Part shown: positions 1-8,206 of the stretch, piece by piece
Position numbering within the stretch: the stretch's first letter is position 1
How the letters are laid out: each line of letters starts with the position of its first letter
Assembly (NCBI GenBank): GCA_000091165.1
Contig: FP565575.1
Location: 330,001 to 362,000, forward strand
Origin: Candidatus Methylomirabilis oxygeniifera
GTDB taxonomy: Bacteria; Methylomirabilota; Methylomirabilia; Methylomirabilales; Methylomirabilaceae
Reading direction: 5' to 3'
DNA length: 32,000 bases
The notes under the pieces: generated by a model
The model's input: the letters and a program-made list of their open reading frames with translations, nothing else
Told to the model about the DNA's origin: nothing
The model's database searches: none
Program-made: the position numbers and the translations under genes

Positions 1-309
1 TATCAGGTACTGGACGACATCAAAACTGTCAAGGTTATCCGTCTGTGGACCCATTACGAATAACCCCCGCTCTAATGCCCCTCCCTGGATTGGAGTAGAG
101 TCCTAATTCCTTTTCATCCACACTAAACCCCGAAGAGCCGGAATTATCCTGATCTGTGTTTCTCGCCCACTATGGGTTCCGAAGCATCATTGACAAGTGC
201 TTGGAAACCGAAGAGAATGGCGGCAATCTGTGGGCAACCCAAGGACAATGCTATGCCGGTCAACATGCTCGATCGTTCGGCCTGGCGGGTGAAGGAAAGT
301 TGACATCCG

Positions 310-594
310 ATGGCCCTGGTGTTTGAATGGGATCCAAGGAAGGCTCGCAGGAACCTCGCGATACACGGAGTGTCCTTCGACGAGGCCAGCACGGCATTCC
401 AGGATCCCTTGTCGAAGACGATCGACGATCCACTGCATTCTGAAGATGAAGAGCGCTTCGTGCTGCTTGGCCATTCCCATCGAAATCGCCTCTTGGTCGT
501 GGTACATACCGAACGGGGTGGCCGAATACGACTCATCAGCGCGCGGCTCGCAGCCAACAAAGAAAGGGTGATGTATGAAGCGAGTAAGGAATGA
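310..594 (+). CDS. brnT: BrnT-like toxin
   Basis: ORF begins FEWDPRKARRNLAIHGVSFDEASTAFQDP, characteristic of the BrnT family; overlaps the BrnA-like ORF. Confidence 0.9.
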   Translation: MALVFEWDPRKARRNLAIHGVSFDEASTAFQDPLSKTIDDPLHSEDEERFVLLGHSHRNRLLVVVHTERGGRIRLISARLAANKERVMYEASKE

Positions 595-820
595 TCCCGA
601 CATGCTGGAAGAGTACGATTTTAGCGGCGGCGTGCAAGGCAAGTACGCGAAACGATACGCTGAAGGCGCCAACGTGGTCGTCATTGATCCCGACGTGGCG
701 GAGTATTTCCCAGACCACGACGCGGTCAATGAAGCGCTACGCGGGCTGGCCGCCATCATTAAGAGACGGCGGAAGGCCGAACCAGCGGCTCCACGCGGAC
801 GCACTGCCGCGCGCCGCTGA
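575..820 (+). CDS. brnA: BrnA-like antitoxin
   Basis: 81-aa ORF overlapping the brnT 3' end in another frame; position and small size typical of BrnA; sequence only moderately recognisable. Confidence 0.65.
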   Translation: MKRVRNDPDMLEEYDFSGGVQGKYAKRYAEGANVVVIDPDVAEYFPDHDAVNEALRGLAAIIKRRRKAEPAAPRGRTAARR

Positions 821-838
821 TCCGCAACGCCGTTAGCC
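768..838 (+). other. possible degenerate attC-like site overlapping the brnA 3' end
   Basis: Inner stem CAGCGGC (783-789)/GCCGCTG (813-819) and terminal core-like GTTAGCC (832-838); outer arm poorly matched. Confidence 0.25.
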
Positions 839-921
839 AGACGTACGCCTCAAATGCGTAGACCGCGGTGATCGTATGAGCAACATTTTCCAGAACCTTG
901 GTTCTTGGTTTACATCTGGGC

Positions 922-1069
922 GCCATAACGGGATTAGGCCGGCCGGTCTTTGCCGCTATAGGCCTTGCTGAAATTCCGTTGACAAGTATAAGAAATAGCA
1001 GGAGAATCCCGCATATCGTGAGTATTATTGGGATTAGTGCTATACAGACCAGCGTAATCGTAGTTAGGC
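922..1069 (+). other. possible long attC-like site
   Basis: GCCaTAAC (922-929) opposite GTTAGGC (1063-1069), with further arm complementarity (ATTA/TAAT, GGTCT/AGACC, CTATAG/CTATA); about 148 bp; consensus core GTTAGGC identical to the site at 2148. Confidence 0.4.
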
Positions 1070-1099
1070 ACCCTGTCTCAGCTCAAAAGGGAGAACACT

Positions 1100-2083
1100 A
1101 TGCGAAGATTCCTTCGCCTCTCTCTAGTTGCCGCCGCCTTCGCATTAATCTCGCCTGTCGCTACCGCCCAAGAGTACTTCGGGGAGTTCTTGGACAGGCC
1201 AAAAGGCGCTTTCATTGTCGAAGCGCAACCAAGGCCATTGTTTAGGGTCGAAACCGACTTCCGCTTTAAGGACCCAAATGGCCTGCTATGGTCGACGCCT
1301 GCTGGCACTGAGGTTGATGGGGCTTCGATTCCACAGTTGTTTTGGTCAATTATCGGAGGGCCGTTCGAGGGGCCGTATATAAACGCTTCCATCATTCACG
1401 ATTACTACTGTCGCACAATGGAACGCACCGCGCACGATACGCACAGGAACCTCTACTACGGAATGCGCACCTCCCAAGTACCCAAGTGGAAGGCTAAGTT
1501 GATGCATTGGGCCGTATCAGCGTTCGGACCATCATGGAAGCTAGAAAGACGCGTTGTAATGCGGCAGACTTGTGCTAACCCTCCCGATTTACCGGCAACC
1601 TGTTCGTCAGTTCCGACTTCTGAGGTCGTGCCTGTGAAATCTCCACCCATTGACCTCTCCGATCCCGTTGTCTTGGCGGCTGCAATTAGCAAGATGACCG
1701 CAGTCGCTAGAACACTTCTCACCTCAAACGGAGAGGTCCTCGATGTGACGGCTGGAGGACCGGTAAGCGCCACAGTCGAAGGTATTCAAGCGAGTGCAGA
1801 TGCATATCGTCAAGTATTTACAAGCAAGGAGTTCTCAAGCTCCCCCGCAAGGCTCGGCCTTTTATCGCAGGCCACCGGAAGTACTTTGGCAGACGTGCAG
1901 CCCTGGGCGGGTAACCGAATCCCAAGTCTTAAGGAGGCTATCGTACTGACCCCTAAAACCGTATCAAAGGTCGAAGCGAGTGCACCATTTAAGCTCGATC
2001 CACGGAGCAAGGACCTCATTCGCGATCGCGTGGACCTTGAGTTGCTCAAGGCGACAATCCATATACAGGACCGAAGCATGTAG
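1100..2083 (+). CDS. secreted DUF1353-domain protein
   Basis: Signal peptide MRRFLRLSLVAAAFALISPVATAQ; DUF1353-like core VDGASIPQLFWSIIGGPFEGPYINASIIHDYYC. Confidence 0.75.
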   Translation: MRRFLRLSLVAAAFALISPVATAQEYFGEFLDRPKGAFIVEAQPRPLFRVETDFRFKDPNGLLWSTPAGTEVDGASIPQLFWSIIGGPFEGPYINASIIHDYYCRTMERTAHDTHRNLYYGMRTSQVPKWKAKLMHWAVSAFGPSWKLERRVVMRQTCANPPDLPATCSSVPTSEVVPVKSPPIDLSDPVVLAAAISKMTAVARTLLTSNGEVLDVTAGGPVSATVEGIQASADAYRQVFTSKEFSSSPARLGLLSQATGSTLADVQPWAGNRIPSLKEAIVLTPKTVSKVEASAPFKLDPRSKDLIRDRVDLELLKATIHIQDRSM

Positions 2084-2094
2084 ACTTTACGGAT

Positions 2095-2154
2095 GCCTAA
2101 CCCCTCGTTCTAGGGGACCGCCTACGGCGGCCGCTGAACTCGAAGTCGTTAGGC
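2095..2154 (+). other. integron cassette attC recombination site
   Basis: GCCTAAC-CCCTC-GTTCTAG-GGGACCGCCTACGGCGGCCG-CTGAACT-CGAAGTC-GTTAGGC: perfect R''/R' inverted pair, L''/L' pair with unpaired bases, CCGCC-TAC-GGCGG tip; starts 12 nt after the upstream stop codon. Confidence 0.88.
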
Positions 2155-2181
2155 AGCACAGTTTTCAGAAAGGGTGACGAG

Positions 2182-2763
2182 ATGGGGAAGGTAGGCGAGA
2201 TAGACGCGTTAACAACCATTGACGAAGCACTATCAGCTCTGGAAGACCCCCATGCTCGGAGCCGAGTCTTGTCGTGGGCATTGAACAAATACTCATCAGA
2301 GACGCGGCCACCGGCCGACGATGTCGCTAAGACCAGGATGCCTAGGACAGGCAACAAGAGATCGAAGAAAAAGCCTTCCGACGCAAAAGGCAGGGCCAGA
2401 GGTAAATCCAAAGCATCACTGTCGATGGTGAGAGATTTGAATTTGAAGCCCAAGGGCAAGAAGTCCCTGGATGAATTCGTTGAGGATAAGAAGCCGATTT
2501 CGCATTACGAAAAATCTACCGTCGCCGCCTATTATCTTAGGCATGAGCTGAGTCTTCCGGCTATTTCGGCAAATCACATCTATACGTGCTTCAAACACAT
2601 GAAGTGGCGGATTCCAGCCGATCTTTTTAACACTCTCGCTTACACAGCCAGCCAATACGGATGGCTCGACACGAGCAATCGGGATGACATAAAAGTGACC
2701 ACCATGGGCGAGAACCTAGTGGAGCACGATCTCCCAAAGGGAAAAGGGTCTAAGAAGAAGTGA
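2182..2763 (+). CDS. hypothetical protein, first gene of a coupled two-gene module
   Basis: 193-aa ORF with basic central linker and acidic/basic C-terminal domain; stop overlaps next gene start (GTGA at 2760-2763). Confidence 0.7.
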   Translation: MGKVGEIDALTTIDEALSALEDPHARSRVLSWALNKYSSETRPPADDVAKTRMPRTGNKRSKKKPSDAKGRARGKSKASLSMVRDLNLKPKGKKSLDEFVEDKKPISHYEKSTVAAYYLRHELSLPAISANHIYTCFKHMKWRIPADLFNTLAYTASQYGWLDTSNRDDIKVTTMGENLVEHDLPKGKGSKKK

Positions 2764-3061
2764 CCGATTCAAACGAAATTTTGGAAGGGACACTTCTACA
2801 AGCTGTTCCGGAGGGACTTCGTCAGGAACTCCTTTCGGCCTATGGCCGAATTCTCAGAAACTTTAGAGAGAGGCGCTGGGAGCCTGCCGAATTGAACGGG
2901 GGGAAGCTTTGCGAGGTTGTTTATACAATTCTTCGCGGGTACATGGATGGCAAATACCCAAAGAAGTCCTCTAAGCCCAAGAATATGGTAGACGCGTGCT
3001 GCGGCCTTGAACAGGCTCCGGCGACTTCTATACTGACCCCCTTGAGAAGTAGACAGCGCTT

Positions 3062-3418
3062 GTGACAAACTGGGGCGACTCAACAAGGAGGTGTCGAATG
3101 GCCGAGTCGACCCTGACACAGAATCGCTGGACGATCACCCGCAAGACGGCTGTGGTGCTGGAACTATTGCGTGGTGGTGAGGCCGCGGAGCTGGCCCGCA
3201 GGTATGGGCTCAGCCAAGCCCAACTGTTTGCCTGGCGGGATCGGTTCCTGGAAGGCGGGCAGGCGGCGCTCAAGACGCGCCGGGGACAGATCGACTCTGA
3301 GCGGGAGCGCCGCGTGCGGGAGCTGGAGCGCAAGGTGGGCCAGCTCACCCTGGAGAAGGAGCTGTTAAAAAAAACCGACGCGCTGATCCGCCAACGTGGG
3401 CGGAGGTCGACCAGTTGA
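3062..3418 (+). CDS. IS3-family transposase OrfA
   Basis: HTH region AAELARRYGLSQAQLFAWRDRFLEGG and coiled-coil; A8 run at 3367-3374; actual start probably ATG at 3098. Confidence 0.9.
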   Translation: MTNWGDSTRRCRMAESTLTQNRWTITRKTAVVLELLRGGEAAELARRYGLSQAQLFAWRDRFLEGGQAALKTRRGQIDSERERRVRELERKVGQLTLEKELLKKTDALIRQRGRRSTS

Positions 3419-4266
3419 GGGCGCAGGGTGCGCCGCTGAGTCTGGCGTGCCGGACACTGGGTGTCTCGCGCGCGGGCTTCTACAAATGGCAGCGCGGCTC
3501 GGCGCCCACTTCCCCGCAGCAGGCGCCGTGTGACGAGCGCCTGGCCCAGCGGATCCGGAACATCCTGGACCGCGAGGAGACCTTCGGCTACCGGCGGGTG
3601 TGGGCCTGGCTGCGGTTCCAGGAGGGCGTCAGGGTGAATCGCAAGACGGTCCATCGGATCATGCAACGGAAAGGGTGGCAATGCCGCGTGTGGCACCGTC
3701 CAGCCCTGCGGCCCACGCCGACGTGGGAGAAGTGTTCGACGGTCCAGCAGCCGGACCGGCTCTGGGCCACCGATGCGACGAAGATCTGGTGTGGTCGGGA
3801 TGGCTGGGCGAGTCTTATCGGCGTCCTCGACGCTGGCAGCCGCGAGTGCGTCGGCGCTCGGTTTGCCCGCCAGGGTCGGGCGATCGAAGCGGTCGATGCC
3901 CTGGAGCAAGGCATTCTCCAGTGCTATGGAAGTTTCGCCCACGTACCCGAGGGCCTGCGGCTTCGGCACGATAACGGTTCCATCTTCCTGGCCCGCCTGT
4001 TCGTTGGGACCACCCAGCAGCTTGCGATTACCCAGGAGTTTATCCCTCGATACTCCCCGGAGTACAACGGGGTCATTGAACGCTTCTTCCGCACCCTGAA
4101 GCAAGAATGTGTCTGGTTGCACCATTTCGAGTCCTTCGCGGAGGCCGAATCCATCATCATGGCCTGGATCGACCGCTACAACAGCGAGCGACAGCATTCG
4201 GCCCTGGGGTATCTCACCCCTCGGGTCTGGCGTGAACAGTTCTATCAACTCCCCCAGGCGGCATAA
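3415..4266 (+). CDS. IS3-family transposase OrfB (integrase core)
   Basis: DDE integrase pattern LWATDATKIW...VIERFFRTLKQECVWLHHF; frame open back to the A8 run. Confidence 0.93.
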   Translation: MRAQGAPLSLACRTLGVSRAGFYKWQRGSAPTSPQQAPCDERLAQRIRNILDREETFGYRRVWAWLRFQEGVRVNRKTVHRIMQRKGWQCRVWHRPALRPTPTWEKCSTVQQPDRLWATDATKIWCGRDGWASLIGVLDAGSRECVGARFARQGRAIEAVDALEQGILQCYGSFAHVPEGLRLRHDNGSIFLARLFVGTTQQLAITQEFIPRYSPEYNGVIERFFRTLKQECVWLHHFESFAEAESIIMAWIDRYNSERQHSALGYLTPRVWREQFYQLPQAA

Positions 4267-4952
4267 GCCCTGTTGACTTTCAGGGGGGCACTACACTTCT
4301 TCCTCACGTTCCGTGCGAATTCAGATACCGCGCATGCTCGTTGCTTTGTATGAAATCCGTAACAACAGGGGCGTTGGTCATGTTGGTGGGGACGTTGATC
4401 CGAATCATATGGATGCCGTATGCGTCCTAGAAATGTCCAAGTGGATTCTTGGTGAACTGATTCGAATCTTTCACGACGTGTCGACCGAAAAAGCGACCGC
4501 CGCAGTTGATGCAATAGTAGAACGAACGCTTCCTATTGTATGGGAGGTTGGCGGGAAGTTCCGGGTCCTTGAACCTCAAATGAGCATGAAAGATAAGGCT
4601 TTGGTGCTGCTTTATCACTGTACAGCCCCTGTAGCGGAGGCAAATCTCATTGATTGGGTAGAGCACTCAAATGCCTCCGTTTTTCGCCGGGATGTGCTTC
4701 GTCTGGCCCATAGACAAAGACTGCTCGAGTACGATGCCGATGCATGTACTGTTCAGATTTCGCCTCGTGGTATCGAACACGTCGAGACATCGATCTTGCA
4801 GTAGTGCAGTGACCCGTCGGAGAGATAGGTAACAAAAAAGTCCTGGGACATGGGTTACACCTTGTGGCATTTTAATCTACCATATCCATCCTCGATGCGC
4901 ATATGCCGTTCATGGAGCCGGCCGAGTGTGAGTGGGCCGAAGTAAACGTTCC

Positions 4953-5522
4953 ATGGACAAAAGTATTGTAGCTCTGCTCGGCGTTGTGCTGGGATTCTTA
5001 CTGCAAGCGGTGGCTTCCCTCGTGCGATCCTATACAACCGGACGCCGCTTTGAGAATGCGGTCCGGGCAGAGCTGGCAGAGGCAAAAGAACTAATTGACC
5101 GCAAGATGCGTTGGATACTCAGAGATGAGACGGGAGTCACGCCCGAGTCGAGGAATCCTAGCCATGTTGTCGCCTGCTACGGGAGGCTGCTCTATCTTGG
5201 AGAACCAGAGGACTTTTCCGTGCATTTGCCATTTTGGGAGCAGAACATTCGAGCGATTGTCGAGGTTACACCTGCCAAGCCTTTCGCGGCGCTGTTCCAG
5301 GAAATCGTTCTCGTCAACAAATTTCTTTCCAAGTTTCGCGACATGAAGTTGGCGTTTACTTCTGGTCTTGGAGATCCCAAAGGGATGGCCGTTGCTTGCC
5401 TGGAAGACTTGATCAGCATACACGACCAGCTTATTCCGGGCCAAGCACTCGCACGAACTCTGTCGGTCCCGCTGGTTCTGCTAGGCTCCTCGGCAGCCGC
5501 GAAACAGGCCCCGAATGCATAA
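4953..5522 (+). CDS. hypothetical membrane-anchored protein
   Basis: N-terminal hydrophobic segment MDKSIVALLGVVLGFLLQAVASLV followed by a charged domain; stop TAA lies inside an attC-like GCATAACGAGGCGTT. Confidence 0.55.
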   Translation: MDKSIVALLGVVLGFLLQAVASLVRSYTTGRRFENAVRAELAEAKELIDRKMRWILRDETGVTPESRNPSHVVACYGRLLYLGEPEDFSVHLPFWEQNIRAIVEVTPAKPFAALFQEIVLVNKFLSKFRDMKLAFTSGLGDPKGMAVACLEDLISIHDQLIPGQALARTLSVPLVLLGSSAAAKQAPNA

Positions 5523-5841
5523 CGAGGCGTTGGGTGGCCGCCGTGCTCGCGTTTTATTCTGCGAGGGTCCGTGTTGCTCCGTGTGCGATTTGTGGTTGTT
5601 CGGCGGGTCCTGCGGGTCGGACCGGCGTAACTTCTTGATGTGACAATATGAGTTCGCAAAATCGCCGTAGTCCATACGCGTAGCGGTATCGTTGTGACCA
5701 GGAAACGCACGCCCTGAGACAGACGCGATGCCCCGTACCGGCAACACGGCGACTCAACGCCAAGGCGTAAGCCGTCATCGCATGGCGTGCTTTCCGGACA
5801 CCTTGATTCCTGGTATGATCGACGTGTGGAGGAATCGAGCA

Positions 5842-6126
5842 ATGAGAAGGATTGTCACGGTCAAGGTATTGCCAGGATATCGCCTGGAGTTGGAATTTGA
5901 CGACGGAGTATCCGGGACCGTTGACCTCTCCGAAGCTGTCGGCAAAGGTGTATTCGCCCTGTGGTGCGACCCGCTCGCCTTCGATCGGGTTCGGATCGGG
6001 TCATCCGGCGAACTGGTCTGGGACGACCGGATTGATCTGTGCCCGGATGCGCTCTACCTCAAGGTGACAGGTAAGACACCGGAAGACATGTTTCCTGCGC
6101 TACGCGACCAGCCGACCCATGCCTGA
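5842..6126 (+). CDS. DUF2442 domain protein
   Basis: RRIVTVKVLPGYRLELEFDDGVSGTVDLSE...GVFALWCDP pattern of DUF2442. Confidence 0.85.
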   Translation: MRRIVTVKVLPGYRLELEFDDGVSGTVDLSEAVGKGVFALWCDPLAFDRVRIGSSGELVWDDRIDLCPDALYLKVTGKTPEDMFPALRDQPTHA

Positions 6127-6379
6127 GATCAGCCGATTCTTCGGCATCGTCATCAAGATGTTCTTCGACGATCACAATCCCCCACACTTTCATGCGGAAT
6201 ACGGCGGTGACCTTGCACTGATCGATATCCGCAGCTTGGCCGTGTTTTCAGGGCGGTTGCCGCCTCGCGTCACAGGTCTTGTGATCGAGTGGGCAACGCT
6301 TCATCAGCGGGAGCTTCTCGCCGATTGGGATCGGGCACAGGTGCGAGAGGAGCTCCAGAAGATTGCCCCCTTGGAATGA
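6119..6379 (+). CDS. DUF4160 domain protein
   Basis: MPEISRFFGIVIKMFFDDHNPPHFHAEYGG motif; overlaps the DUF2442 gene. Confidence 0.9.
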   Translation: MPEISRFFGIVIKMFFDDHNPPHFHAEYGGDLALIDIRSLAVFSGRLPPRVTGLVIEWATLHQRELLADWDRAQVREELQKIAPLE

Positions 6380-6383
6380 GAAC

Positions 6384-6434
6384 GGCTAACCATTGGGTTG
6401 AGACCGACAGAGCGGCTCACCGCAAACGTCAGCC
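6384..6434 (+). other. attC-like imperfect hairpin
   Basis: GGCTAAC-cattg-GGTTGAG-A-CCG-acagag-CGG-CTCACC-...-GTCAGCC, 5 nt after the DUF4160 stop; attC-like layout with unpaired bases and one core mismatch. Confidence 0.5.
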
Positions 6435-6443
6435 GGACAGAGG

Positions 6444-6731
6444 TCAAGCGGCCGCGAGCTTCTTGACGCGAAGCGACCGGCGCTTGGTCTCTGCCTTTGC
6501 CAGATCGAACTGGAGCTGCTGGCTGAGCCAGCTCTCCGCAGTGGTGCCGAAGGCGATCGACAGACGGACCGCCATCTCCGGGCTAATGCCGGCGCGGCAG
6601 TTCAGGATACTCGAGAGCGTCTTGCGACTGACCCCGAGCGCGTTGGCCGCTTCGGTCACGGTCAAACCGAGTGGCTGAAAGCAGAACTCGCGGAGCACCT
6701 CACCTGGATGAGGCGGATTGTGCATCTTCAT
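6444..6731 (-). CDS. higA: HigA-family antitoxin (XRE HTH)
   Basis: [54 protein letters not shown]. Confidence 0.93.
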   Translation of the reverse strand: MKMHNPPHPGEVLREFCFQPLGLTVTEAANALGVSRKTLSSILNCRAGISPEMAVRLSIAFGTTAESWLSQQLQFDLAKAETKRRSLRVKKLAAA

Positions 6732-6740
6732 AGAGACACC

Positions 6741-7028
6741 TCAGTGGTAATCCTCATAATCGACATTGACGACATCAGGGCCTGAGAACGCGAACGTGAT
6801 ACGCCAGTTCCCACTCACGCTCACAGCCCATGTTCCTTCTCGCTCGCCTTTCAGCAGGTGGAGATCCAGTCCCGGCAGGCCCATGTCGCGGGGCTCTCTC
6901 GCGACGTTCAACCGACCGAGGATCAGGCGTAGTCTTCGGGCATGCTTGGCTTGGATGCCAGCGGTCGTTCCACGGAGGAAGAAACGCTCCAAGCCCTTAT
7001 GCCTGAACTTCAGGATCGCCACGGACAA
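6741..7028 (-). CDS. higB: HigB/RelE-family toxin
   Basis: GLERFFLRGTTAGIQAKHARRLRLILGRLN...WRITFAF; directly upstream of higA. Confidence 0.92.
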   Translation of the reverse strand: MSVAILKFRHKGLERFFLRGTTAGIQAKHARRLRLILGRLNVAREPRDMGLPGLDLHLLKGEREGTWAVSVSGNWRITFAFSGPDVVNVDYEDYH

Positions 7029-7128
7029 ATTGTAACACGTAACGTCTCAGGTTGCAACTGGCTACCAATGGGCTCTAATGGATCGGACTCGCTGTTGTGG
7101 CCGGCCCACAACCATGGCTCAGATACTG

Positions 7129-7170
7129 TGAGATTGCTCCAGTCGCTCTGCTCCTTCGCAATGACCCGCA
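7129..7170. repeat. dispersed short repeat copy
   Basis: tgagattgctccagtcgctctgctccttcgcaatgacccgca; same family as 16743-16833 and 23619-23792. Confidence 0.6.
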
Positions 7171-7216
7171 GGGGACTTAATGACCACAGAGGATTGTGTG
7201 ACGGTGGATAAGAGTA

Positions 7217-8206
7217 ATGAACGAGGCTCTTGAAAAGTGCGTTCGGATCGGCACATCGGGCTGGTCGTATCCAAAGGGGGAGGGGCGCTGGAACGGGATC
7301 TTCTATCCCCCGAAGCCCAAGAACGAGTTGGAGCTATACAGCCAGGTCTTCAACACCGTGGAGGTCAACGCTACCTTTTATCGGCTAATCGATCCGCAGA
7401 CGGCGCGGGTGTGGGTCGCGAATACGCCCAAGAATTTTGAATTCGCGATCAAGATCTGGCAGAAGTTTACGCATCCGGGGATGTTTCAGAAGGCGACGGG
7501 CGCCGAGCCTGAGATTACGCAGCAGGATTACGACGATTTCAAGCGAGGCATCCACCCGATTGCCGAGGAGTGCAAACTCGCCTGCCTGCTGATCCAGTTC
7601 TCCGAGTGGTTTGCGAGCACGCCTCAGCACCAAGCTACCCTCTCGACGATCCTGCAGCAGTTCAAGGACTACCCCGTGGCGGTCGAGCTGCGCCATGCCT
7701 CCTGGGGTGATCGCGCAAGGGACACCAAGGCGCTGCTGGTCGCCTCTGGCGCAGGCTGGGCCTACATCGACATGCCGCAGTTGAAGGGCACGATCAAGCA
7801 GGAATTGGAGCCGCAACGGCTGCTGTACCTGCGCTTCCACGGCAGGAACCGCGAGAAGTGGAGGCAGCATGAGACGGCAGAGGAGCGGTACGATTACCTC
7901 TACTCAGAAGAGGAACTAAAGCCGTTCGCTGAAAAGGTCCGAGAGATCGTTGCGGCAGGAGAGAGCAAGGTGCTGATCTTCTTCAACAATCACGTACGCG
8001 GCCAAGCCCCGGCGAACGCCTTGATGTTGGCGCATCAGATCGGACTGCCATCCACCGCGACCGTGCGCGCGGAGTTCACCAAGGCGTTTCCCGCGATCAA
8101 CGATGCCGTTAAGGAGATCCAGACTCCAGAGGCGAAGAGGCCAAACCAAGAGGTGCTGTTTTCTGCCTGGACGCCTACCGAGGCAGATTCGGAATCTTGT
8201 GGATAG
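7217..8206 (+). CDS. DUF72 (YecE-like) family protein
   Basis: RIGTSGWSYPKGEGRWNGIFYPPK...FNTVEVNATFYRLI ... YLRFHGR motifs. Confidence 0.92.
   Translation: MNEALEKCVRIGTSGWSYPKGEGRWNGIFYPPKPKNELELYSQVFNTVEVNATFYRLIDPQTARVWVANTPKNFEFAIKIWQKFTHPGMFQKATGAEPEITQQDYDDFKRGIHPIAEECKLACLLIQFSEWFASTPQHQATLSTILQQFKDYPVAVELRHASWGDRARDTKALLVASGAGWAYIDMPQLKGTIKQELEPQRLLYLRFHGRNREKWRQHETAEERYDYLYSEEELKPFAEKVREIVAAGESKVLIFFNNHVRGQAPANALMLAHQIGLPSTATVRAEFTKAFPAINDAVKEIQTPEAKRPNQEVLFSAWTPTEADSESCG

Larger units (their letters stand above)
3034..4290 (+). mobile_element. IS3-family insertion sequence
   Basis: OrfA/OrfB arrangement plus imperfect inverted ends TGACCCCCTTGAGAAGTAGACAGCGC / TGCCCCCCTGAAAGTCAACAGGGC; flanking ACTTCT at 3024-3029 and 4295-4300 suggests boundaries could extend to 3030-4294. 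Confidence 0.9.
2760..4804 (+). pseudogene. HEPN-like hypothetical protein, interrupted by IS3-family element (fragments 2760-3029 and 4301-4804)
   Basis: Joining 2760-3029 to 4301-4804 gives a continuous frame ...CCGLEQAPATS|SSRSVRIQIPRMLVALYEIRNNRGVGHVGGDVDPNHMDA... Confidence 0.8.

Noticed and set aside
3028-4248. 406-aa minus-strand ORF
   Set aside because: Antisense to the IS3-family transposase genes.
4828-4862. ggtaacaaaaaagtcctgggacatgggttacacc as a further attC site
   Set aside because: Ends are inverted (GGTAAC/GTTAC), but it is only about 34 bp, lacks R''/L'' spacing and does not match the RYYYAAC/GTTRRRY cores.
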